From positions 1 through 55,223 of the forward strand of contig DATDZB010000005.1 of assembly GCA_035288845.1 (NCBI GenBank): a DNA stretch of 55,223 nucleotides, read 5' to 3'. The stretch comes from Candidatus Nanoarchaeia archaeon (GTDB taxonomy: Archaea; Nanobdellota; Nanobdellia; SCGC-AAA011-G17; GW2011-AR18). Below the pieces are notes generated by a model, which was given only the letters and a program-made list of their open reading frames with translations, made no database searches and was not told the origin of the DNA. Both the position numbers and the translations under genes were made by a program. Position 1 is the stretch's first letter. Each line of letters opens with the position of its first letter. Positions 27,821-36,030 of this stretch are shown here, one piece after another.

Positions 27821-28840
27821 ATGTTAACTGAAAAAGAATTAACAGAAATTAGAGAAATATTAGAAAGTTCACAAAACCCAATATATTTCTTTGATGGAGA
27901 TGGAGATGGTCTTTCTTCTTATTTAAATTTAAAAAAACATTATAAAAAAGGTTTAGGTGTTCCAGTTAAAAGTGGTGGACCAGAAGGAATTACATCAGAA
28001 TATTTAAAATATGTTGATGAAGAAAAACCAGATTTAGTCGTAATATTAGATAAAGCAGTTTTAACTCAAGAATTTATAGATAAAATTCCTTGTCAAATAT
28101 TAATTCTAGATCATCATCCTCCAATAAAATTAAAAAAAGTAAAATATTACAATCCGCAGCTTCATGGTTCTAATGTTCCAACTTCTTATTTAGCATATCA
28201 AGTAACAAAAACAAATGCTTGGATAGCAGCAATAGGTTGTTTATTTGATTATTTCATTCCTGATTTTTTAGATGAAATAAAAGAATACATAGAAGATAAA
28301 GAATACAAAACTCCTGGCGATATAACTTATAATACTAAACTAGGAGAAATGATAAAAACAATTTCATTTATAATTAAAGGAAAACATGAAGATGTAAAAA
28401 AATCATTAAAAGCATTAGAAAAAATAAATTCTTTAAATGAAATTTTTAATAAATCAACACCAGAAGGAAAATTCATTAGAGAAAGATATGAAAGACTAAA
28501 CAAAGAATATGAAAAATTATTATCAAAAGCAAAATCTGAAGCAACAAGAAGTAAATTGTTCTTATTTATTTATCCATCTCAAGCAGTAAGTTTCACAGTA
28601 GAACTATCAAATGAACTTTGTTATAGATATCCTAAAAAAACAATAATAGTTGGCAGAGAAAAAGAAAATAAGATAGCTATGAGTTTAAGAGACCAAAATA
28701 GAGATATATCTAAAATATTAGAAATATCACTAAAAGGTTTAGAAGGTTATGGTGGCGGTCACGAACATGCATGTGGTTGTGCTGTAAGCAAAAAGGATTT
28801 TAACATGTTCATAGAGAGAATTAAACAAGAACTAAAATGA
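27821..28840 (+). CDS. DHH/DHHA1 phosphoesterase (RecJ/NrnA-like)
   Basis: DGDGDG, LDHH, C-terminal GGGHEHACG. Confidence 0.88.
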   Translation: MLTEKELTEIREILESSQNPIYFFDGDGDGLSSYLNLKKHYKKGLGVPVKSGGPEGITSEYLKYVDEEKPDLVVILDKAVLTQEFIDKIPCQILILDHHPPIKLKKVKYYNPQLHGSNVPTSYLAYQVTKTNAWIAAIGCLFDYFIPDFLDEIKEYIEDKEYKTPGDITYNTKLGEMIKTISFIIKGKHEDVKKSLKALEKINSLNEIFNKSTPEGKFIRERYERLNKEYEKLLSKAKSEATRSKLFLFIYPSQAVSFTVELSNELCYRYPKKTIIVGREKENKIAMSLRDQNRDISKILEISLKGLEGYGGGHEHACGCAVSKKDFNMFIERIKQELK

Positions 28841-30789
28841 AAAAAGAGAAATTATTAGCAGTTAGTATTATTTTCTTAATATTAGTGCCATTAGTTTTGG
28901 CTGAAAATGAACAAATAAATGATTACAATAATTACAATCAATTAACATTAAAATACAAAATAGAAGGCGGTTTTGAACTGCAAAAAACAGGGTCTAATCC
29001 AAATGTAAAAGAAGCAGAAGCAGTTTTAACATTTTTTCCAAGAAAAGATGATATACAAAAAGTACAAACAATTTCACCTTTTTCAGGACCAAATGCAAAA
29101 ATAACACAAAATCCATCAGAAATTAATTATAAGTGGGATAATCCAGCAATAGGAAACTTCAATTTTGGTGTTGACTCAACAATATCTATAGATAATGGTT
29201 TTGTTATAATTAATGAAAAAGTAAATTTTCCATTAGATGAACCAATAATTAATGAATATACAGAAGCAACAGAATTTATAGATATAAATAATGAAATAAA
29301 AGAGCAAGCTCAGCAAATTGTTGCAGGTGAAGATGATGCGTATTTAGCTTCATTTAAAATGGCAACTTGGATAAATAAAAATATAGAATATAATTTAACA
29401 ACATTAACAGCTGAAGTAGTACAAAAATCAAGTTGGGTTCTAGACAATAGAGAAGGAGTTTGTGATGAAATAACAAATTTATTTATTTCTATGTCAAGAT
29501 CAGTAGGAATACCAGCAAGATTTGTTTATGGAGTTTCTTACACAAATATAGGTTATGATTGGGGTCCTCATGGTTGGGCTGAAGTTTATCTTCCAGATAA
29601 AGGTTGGGTGCCATTTGATGTTACATATGGGCAATTTGGTTGGATAGATCCATCTCACGTTAAATTAAAAGTAAAAGCTGATTCAGGAGATGCAACTGTA
29701 AAATATTCCTGGAAATCTGCAGATACACAGCTAAAAGCAAATGAAATAAAAATGAAAACAAATTTAATTTCAAAAGGAAATGAAATAGAACCGCCAATAA
29801 AAATTACAGTTCATCCAATGATTGAAAAAGTAGGTCCTGGTAGCTACGTTCCAATAAAATTAGAAGTAGTAAATGATAATGAATATTACTTTCCAGACAC
29901 ATTTAGATTAACAAAATCTCCAGAATTAATAGAAGAAAATGTAAAACATGTATTATTAAGACCTAAAGAAATAAAACATGAATATTGGATTTTAAAAATA
30001 CCAGATGAAATAGAAGACAGCTATATTTACACAACAAATATAGAAATAGAAGATCAATTCCATAAAAAAGCAATTAGCAAAATAACATATGGAGAAAATT
30101 ATAAAACAGTTACATTAGATGAAGCTAAAGAAATAGTAGCACAAAATGGAGATAGAGAATTAAACACAATTTCTAGAAATATAGAATTAAAATGTCCAAT
30201 AGATAAAGAGATTTATTCATATGAAGAAAGAAATTTAGTTTGTAATATAAGAAATTCTGGAAATATTCCATTAAAAAATTTAAACATATGTTTTACTAAA
30301 GACTGCCAAGTAACAGATTTGGGAATAGCAGAACAAAAAAATATAACATTCCCAATAAATATAAATCCAGGTGAATACATTTTCAAAGTTAAAGCATATA
30401 ATAATGATGTAAGTATAACTAAAGATGTACAAATAAAAATATTATCTCAGCCAAATTTAAAAATAAAAAGATTAGATTATCCTAAAGAAGTCTCATATGA
30501 AGAAAAAATTGAGTTAAAATTATTATTAACAACAGAAGCTGAAGTAAAAGATTTAAAAATTAAAATCGGCGATGAAGAATTTGAAATTTCAGATTTAAAT
30601 AATTTAGTACAAACAAATTTACCAGTTAATTCAAAAGAACTATACTCAATTAACGAAGAGTCATTTGAAATAGAACTGGAATATAAAGACAAAAATAATA
30701 AAAAATACGAAATAAAAGAAAAATATCCAATAAAAATTAATAATGCACCATGGTATGTTAAAGCACTTTCTTATTTAGGATTAATGTGA
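28837..30789 (+). CDS. Secreted transglutaminase-like protein with Ig-like C-terminal domains
   Basis: Signal peptide; triad GVCDE / HGWAEVY / FDVT. Confidence 0.88.
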   Translation: MKKEKLLAVSIIFLILVPLVLAENEQINDYNNYNQLTLKYKIEGGFELQKTGSNPNVKEAEAVLTFFPRKDDIQKVQTISPFSGPNAKITQNPSEINYKWDNPAIGNFNFGVDSTISIDNGFVIINEKVNFPLDEPIINEYTEATEFIDINNEIKEQAQQIVAGEDDAYLASFKMATWINKNIEYNLTTLTAEVVQKSSWVLDNREGVCDEITNLFISMSRSVGIPARFVYGVSYTNIGYDWGPHGWAEVYLPDKGWVPFDVTYGQFGWIDPSHVKLKVKADSGDATVKYSWKSADTQLKANEIKMKTNLISKGNEIEPPIKITVHPMIEKVGPGSYVPIKLEVVNDNEYYFPDTFRLTKSPELIEENVKHVLLRPKEIKHEYWILKIPDEIEDSYIYTTNIEIEDQFHKKAISKITYGENYKTVTLDEAKEIVAQNGDRELNTISRNIELKCPIDKEIYSYEERNLVCNIRNSGNIPLKNLNICFTKDCQVTDLGIAEQKNITFPININPGEYIFKVKAYNNDVSITKDVQIKILSQPNLKIKRLDYPKEVSYEEKIELKLLLTTEAEVKDLKIKIGDEEFEISDLNNLVQTNLPVNSKELYSINEESFEIELEYKDKNNKKYEIKEKYPIKINNAPWYVKALSYLGLM

Positions 30790-30884
30790 GCCTGGAGGGA
30801 TTCGAACCCCCATTAACCGGTCCCTGGCTAAAATATAGATTATATTTTTGAAGCCGATGGTTCTATCCATTATACTACAGGCCC
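30787..30884 (-). tRNA. trnR-UCG: tRNA-Arg(UCG) with non-canonical intron at 35/36
   Basis: 26-nt intron 30849-30824 forms a strict BHB (GGCU/AGCC helix, 8-bp AT stem); mature loop CU-UCG-GA; A20 Arg identity element. Confidence 0.9.
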
Positions 30885-31014
30885 TTTTATAAAATTATAA
30901 GATCATAACAAGTTTTAAAATTATCTACTATAAAAATATTAAACATTTCTTTACCTGGTTAGTAGTACAACATAATAAGAAAGATATATAAAAGAATAAA
31001 TTCAAGAAAAAATC

Positions 31015-31479
31015 ATGTGTTTTAGAAAATTATTTGGTTTAGGAAAAAAAGAAAAATCAGGAGTAGATGTTTATAATATATTTTCTCATTTCTTAGCAGG
31101 CATAGCTGAAGAATTAGAAATTGAGATGGAACTTGAAAGTAAAGATGAAAAAGAAAAACTCATAAGTTTTTTATTTACAATAAACAATAAATGTTTTGTA
31201 GAAGTTTCATTAAGTTATATAAGTGAAAATGCTTGGTTTCTAGGAACTCAGGTTTTAGATAATGATAAATCAAAAGAAAGTACCAACGAAACAATTTATG
31301 CCTTTTCTTCAAGTGATCTAGGGAAAATAACAAGTGATCAAGAATTAGCAACAGCACTTCAATCTAAACAAGAAAAAATAAAAAAAGTATTAGGAAAAGC
31401 TGCTTCAACAATTAAATCTATAGAAAATGAAAAAGAAAGAAGAGGCTTCTATAAAAGCGTTAGAAAAGATAAAAACTAG
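31015..31479 (+). CDS. Hypothetical protein
   Basis: 154-aa ORF; N-terminal LFGLGKKEK. Confidence 0.65.
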   Translation: MCFRKLFGLGKKEKSGVDVYNIFSHFLAGIAEELEIEMELESKDEKEKLISFLFTINNKCFVEVSLSYISENAWFLGTQVLDNDKSKESTNETIYAFSSSDLGKITSDQELATALQSKQEKIKKVLGKAASTIKSIENEKERRGFYKSVRKDKN

Positions 31480-31562
31480 ATATAATTAAACAAAATAATA
31501 TTGACAAAAACACTTAATAGCTTCTAGGTAAATTTAAATAGAAAGTTTAAGATAATAATCCA

Positions 31563-32150
31563 ATGGTATCTAAGAGCATTAATGTTCCAATTCAGAGCAG
31601 ATATGCTGCTGCTGCAATGGAGATTAGTGCAAGATTACAGTCACGCCAGAATGTAAATTTATATTTAACAACAATTACGATTGCAGGTGTTGCAGCAACT
31701 TGGACTCAGAACGGTATTTGGGGTGTAATTGCATCTGTACTACTAAGCGTATTTTCTCTTTCTTTTGCGTTATGGATTTCTCATAATGATTTAATACTTG
31801 GGTTACTAGGAAAGTTTTGTGAAACTTGCGAGTCTGGATTTGAAAAGAATAATTCAAAATATATATTTCCAAGTTGGTTTAGTAATCAAGGTTGGCTGAA
31901 TGAAGCTCTTCATTTTCGAAAATTTTCAAATTGGGGAACAATTATAGTTTTAGTTGTTATTACATCAAACACTTTATTGAAATTGATGTTTGTTTCTGAA
32001 CTTTCTATTCAGATTCTTTTGTTTATTGCTGCAATTTGGAGTGGATTTAGTATTTTATTAATATGCGGAAATAAGAGAAGACGCCTTGCTATTAAAGAAC
32101 AAGGTATTTATTTATGGAAAGAAGGAAAATATAAACATTATAAAAGGTAA
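31563..32150 (+). CDS. Hypothetical 4-TM membrane protein
   Basis: Four hydrophobic segments. Confidence 0.65.
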   Translation: MVSKSINVPIQSRYAAAAMEISARLQSRQNVNLYLTTITIAGVAATWTQNGIWGVIASVLLSVFSLSFALWISHNDLILGLLGKFCETCESGFEKNNSKYIFPSWFSNQGWLNEALHFRKFSNWGTIIVLVVITSNTLLKLMFVSELSIQILLFIAAIWSGFSILLICGNKRRRLAIKEQGIYLWKEGKYKHYKR

Positions 32151-32181
32151 ATTTAAATAGAACATTTAAAATAATAATGTT

Positions 32182-33513
32182 ATGAAAAAAGAGTTTACAA
32201 TTATAACAAATATTCTTCTATTTTTATTATTAGTAAGTTCAGTAAATGCATATGATTTTTCTTTAGTAACTGGAAGAGCAACACTAAATTGTATAACTGG
32301 TGATGAAGCTGCATATCAAAATTGTGTAGCTAGATATGGAACATGTACAAGAAGTTCTTCTGGTGGTGTTGATTTAATTTGTTGGGCTGAAGATGATAAT
32401 AATCAGCCTCAATGTAGAAGAGATTCAGATTGTTCAAATAATCAAAGATGTAGTTCTGGAAATTGTGTAGCAGCACCACAACAACCTCAACCAGTACAAG
32501 AAATAATACCTCCACAACCGCCACCTATTCAACAAGAAGCAACAGTAGTAGCAACTCCAACTACAGAAGTTCCTGGATTAAAATTAGATTTAAACACAGA
32601 AGAAGGAGATAAGGGTCAAGTAATTTTTAGATTATCAGAAGAAACGCAAGATGGATTTACAGTTCAAAAACCTTCATTAAATATAAACTTAGATCCAAAA
32701 ACTGTTGGTGAAATTTCCAAAAAATTAGATGTAAAAACATATTCATATCCATTTTACGCAATAATAATTTTAGTTTTAGCATCTTTAATAACAGTTCTTT
32801 TTATAATTAAAGAAATTGTAAAACCAGGTCCATTTGTTTCATATAAAAATAAAAAAGGGCAAGTTTTTATCATAGCAGCAATAATATTTTCAATTGCAAT
32901 TTATTCTGTAGTAATACCTTACAATACAATAAAAGAATATCCAGGACCAGAAGATTTTAATGAATTAAGTGAAAATTACAAAGCAGAATATCCCAAAGTT
33001 TTTAATTATGCAACTTATGAAGAAGGTGTTGAATTAGGACCTAAATTAGATGAATTTACAAATGTATTTTTAGGTGAAGCAAGAAAAAAAGATCCAAATT
33101 TTGGAGTGTTATATTTATACAAAGATGTAACAGGAAATGTTCATGTGGTTAATACATTAAATCAAAAAGTACTAAATATTAGATTAACACAGATAGGAGC
33201 AGAAGAATTAAGAATTACAGTTCCAAGTAGTACAACAAACGCTGGTGGAGAAATTTGTGTCGAAGGAATTGGTACAGGGTGTACAACCACAAATACAAAT
33301 CAAGGAAATTTTGGTTCCGGATTTGATAATGTTGAAGATTTCCAAAACGTACAGCAATTATGTTTTGAAGTTCCAGGATCAATACCAAGACAATGTCCAG
33401 ATATAAGTGATTTCTCATCCCATTCAACAGTATTAACTCAAAGTGAAATTCCAATAGCAACAATAAGTGGTAGAAATGGAGTAAGAATAGAAATTGAATT
33501 AAGTGAATTTTAA
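32182..33513 (+). CDS. Membrane/surface protein with internal class III (KKGQ) motif
   Basis: Signal peptide, Cys-rich module, PQ linker, TM helix, then KNKKG|QVFIIAAIIF and a pilin-like domain. Confidence 0.75.
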   Translation: MKKEFTIITNILLFLLLVSSVNAYDFSLVTGRATLNCITGDEAAYQNCVARYGTCTRSSSGGVDLICWAEDDNNQPQCRRDSDCSNNQRCSSGNCVAAPQQPQPVQEIIPPQPPPIQQEATVVATPTTEVPGLKLDLNTEEGDKGQVIFRLSEETQDGFTVQKPSLNINLDPKTVGEISKKLDVKTYSYPFYAIIILVLASLITVLFIIKEIVKPGPFVSYKNKKGQVFIIAAIIFSIAIYSVVIPYNTIKEYPGPEDFNELSENYKAEYPKVFNYATYEEGVELGPKLDEFTNVFLGEARKKDPNFGVLYLYKDVTGNVHVVNTLNQKVLNIRLTQIGAEELRITVPSSTTNAGGEICVEGIGTGCTTTNTNQGNFGSGFDNVEDFQNVQQLCFEVPGSIPRQCPDISDFSSHSTVLTQSEIPIATISGRNGVRIEIELSEF

Positions 33514-34379
33514 CGTCTTCTAGTAACAACAATAATTGCATTATCTGAAGTTCTAGCGCCATCTGGATCTACAGAAACTTTTGTTAAATTATAAGTACCG
33601 GGTTCGGACCAACTTAAACTTACACAAGGTCCTGATTGAGAAACATCGGGCCAATTATCAGCATCAAAATAAGTCTCATGATTAATAGAAGCTCCATCCG
33701 GATCATAATTAGAAAATGGTGTACTTGAATGTCCAGGAGCGTAAGGACCATCTCTACAAGGATGACTTCCACATGCACCATAAACAAAACAATAAGGAGT
33801 ATCAGTTGTTAAATTCATAACATCTGGTCCAGCATTTGCAATAGGAGCAACATTAGCCACAACTTGTAAAGGAGCATTAGTCATTGTTCTAGCACCATAA
33901 TTATCAGTAGCAGAGGCAGTTACCATATAATTACCCATATCAGGTAAAGTTACATTAGTTTTACAAGCACCGTTGCTATTATACATCATACGACCATTAG
34001 AATCTCTAACTTCCCAAGTGCATCTAACAAGATTGCTATCACCATCAGGATCAGTTACTTCAGCTTCTAATTCTGAAGGTCTATTTCTTCTAAATTGAAT
34101 AGGACCACTAGGCATAGGATTTCTAATTTTAATAGTTGGAGCTATATTTGCAATACCTGCATCCATAGAATTAATTCTCACATCAGGTGCATAACCTGCA
34201 TCTAAAGGAGTAGGAACACCAGCATCTGGAGCTTTATAACCAGAATCGTGAACATTAGGCATACTAGAATCTAAACTAGGAGTATTATTAGTATTAGAAT
34301 TATCAGGTTCCATAGAAACCATTTCAGTTCCACAAGCCCCAACTACTAAAGCTAGTGGTAATATTGTTTTTACACCCAT
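33510..34379 (-). CDS. Lipobox protein with PKD/Ig-like domains
   Basis: MGVKTILPLALVVGA|C; DAG-repeat linker; DPDG, APIANAG and GTYNLT PKD-like motifs. Confidence 0.75.
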   Translation of the reverse strand: MGVKTILPLALVVGACGTEMVSMEPDNSNTNNTPSLDSSMPNVHDSGYKAPDAGVPTPLDAGYAPDVRINSMDAGIANIAPTIKIRNPMPSGPIQFRRNRPSELEAEVTDPDGDSNLVRCTWEVRDSNGRMMYNSNGACKTNVTLPDMGNYMVTASATDNYGARTMTNAPLQVVANVAPIANAGPDVMNLTTDTPYCFVYGACGSHPCRDGPYAPGHSSTPFSNYDPDGASINHETYFDADNWPDVSQSGPCVSLSWSEPGTYNLTKVSVDPDGARTSDNAIIVVTRRR

Positions 34380-34474
34380 TTAAACCCTCGAATTTAACTA
34401 TTCAGACCTATATTCACTTAGGTAAGCTTCTTTATATAGCTTACGAAAATATAACTATCAAAGGGTGACAATAA

Positions 34475-34562
34475 TGAGCCCGGAGGGATTCGAACCCCCA
34501 TCCGCAGGTATCTACAAAAAATACCGTAGCCCGCTATTCTATCCAGGTTATACTACGAGCCC
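34475..34562 (-). tRNA. trnR-ACG: tRNA-Arg(ACG) with canonical 37/38 intron
   Basis: GCGGG-CU-ACG-G|14-nt intron 34523-34510|A-CCUGC; BHB central helix CUAC/GUAG; GGAUA D-loop (A20). Confidence 0.92.
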
Positions 34563-34652
34563 ATCATAAGTAAGCTACACTCATATTTTTAAGAATTTGC
34601 TTTATAATAAAATTAAAGAAAGAAACTTAAATTCTATTAAAATATCACTTAT

Positions 34653-35534
34653 ATGACAATACCAGATTTTGGAAATGTAAATCATCTTCTTACTCAGAAA
34701 AAGCTTGAAAAGTTATATCGAGACTTAGAAAAAAATGAAGGTGGTCTTTTAGCAATGGAATGTGAATATGGTCTATCTTGGCTATCAAGGAACGATAGTC
34801 ATCGTAGCATGATTCATTTCGGGAAAATTACTTCACCATATTTAGAAAGGGTTGAAAATAGAGAAGCAAAAAATCTTCCTCCAATTCTTCAAAATAAATT
34901 AAGAGGATTTAGTTTACTTCCAGCTCCAACTCTAAAAGCAAGAGGAATAGTACAATTAGGAAAAATTAGTTTAGAAGATAAAATAGAAGTAAGAAATGCT
35001 GTGAATTTACCAATTTTACAATTTGCAGGAGAAAATACTTTATTTGGTACAGCAGAGCTACTAGAAGTAGAAGATCCAAAAGAATGGGCAGAGAATTTTA
35101 GAAGATTAAACCTTTATGTAGGTGATGAACAAGTAATAGGTTTCTTAGAAGCTAAAGTTGAGTATAATACCCATAACTACGGAAAAAATGCACCTAAACT
35201 TTATGAAGCATTAAAAGAATTGACAAACGAAGATGCACTATCAAGAAAATATTTTGATAAGAAAAAAGAACAACTAGAAAGAGAAAAAATGAGAGAAATA
35301 GGAGAAATGATTTTAAGATTATTTAATAGATATGAGAGTTTAGAAGGGAAAGATTCTAGCGAAAGAAGGAAATCAGAAAAAATGATAAGGGAAGGAATAA
35401 TAAATCTCATTGATCTTGGTGGTCATAAATATAGCTCACCTATAAGTTCACAAAAAGCTTCAGGAATTGTAATTATACCAGATGTTTTCTTAAGAGATTT
35501 AGCTGAAATATATAAAATACCAATTCCAGAATAA
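34653..35534 (+). CDS. Hypothetical protein
   Basis: 293-aa ORF; no recognised motif. Confidence 0.65.
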   Translation: MTIPDFGNVNHLLTQKKLEKLYRDLEKNEGGLLAMECEYGLSWLSRNDSHRSMIHFGKITSPYLERVENREAKNLPPILQNKLRGFSLLPAPTLKARGIVQLGKISLEDKIEVRNAVNLPILQFAGENTLFGTAELLEVEDPKEWAENFRRLNLYVGDEQVIGFLEAKVEYNTHNYGKNAPKLYEALKELTNEDALSRKYFDKKKEQLEREKMREIGEMILRLFNRYESLEGKDSSERRKSEKMIREGIINLIDLGGHKYSSPISSQKASGIVIIPDVFLRDLAEIYKIPIPE

Positions 35535-35554
35535 AGAAGTTTTAAAAATTTTAT

Positions 35555-35980
35555 CTATCTAAAACTCGGATCTATAAAACAAATACTAACTTCAGTTTTT
35601 TCAGGTTCTTCTTCAGAAATATAAGCATCAGTTAAAAGAAGAACATTTTTACCACCAAAACAATCTCCTTTTCCTAAGACAAGAGGGTTTCCAGGAAGTC
35701 TACTTTCTCTTTTATAACCTATAGGTTGACCATTCACTTCTAAAGCAACAGCATAATTCCCTTCATGTTCAATTATTCCTTTTAATCTTAATAAATATTG
35801 AGAACCATTAAATTCTTGAAAAGTATCTTCAGGAGAAAATTTAACATCAAAAGAGGTATCACAAAATTCTTCTCTACAAAAAGGATATCTAGAATCATTG
35901 GTATTAAAAGAAATAGTATCTGCTTCACAAGCTAAAGCAGCTAAACCAACAAAACCTAAAGTAAATAATCTTTTACCCAT
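35555..35980 (-). CDS. Putative lipobox protein
   Basis: Start reset to MGKRLFTLGFVGLAALA|C. Confidence 0.6.
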   Translation of the reverse strand: MGKRLFTLGFVGLAALACEADTISFNTNDSRYPFCREEFCDTSFDVKFSPEDTFQEFNGSQYLLRLKGIIEHEGNYAVALEVNGQPIGYKRESRLPGNPLVLGKGDCFGGKNVLLLTDAYISEEEPEKTEVSICFIDPSFR

Positions 35981-36030
35981 AGAAAAGAAATTCAAAATAA
36001 AAATTTATAAGCATATCTTTTATTAAGAAT

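Noticed and set aside
30787-30884. Selenocysteine/opal-suppressor tRNA(UCA) or tRNA-Pro(UGG)
   Set aside because: Only the 35/36 intron gives a proper BHB helix (GGCU/AGCC); the 37/38 placement pairs CUUC with CCAG poorly; A20 and the short variable loop fit Arg
30885-34474. Integrative element bounded by tRNA 3'-end repeats
   Set aside because: Both repeats belong to complete tRNA genes; no integrase or phage/plasmid genes lie between them
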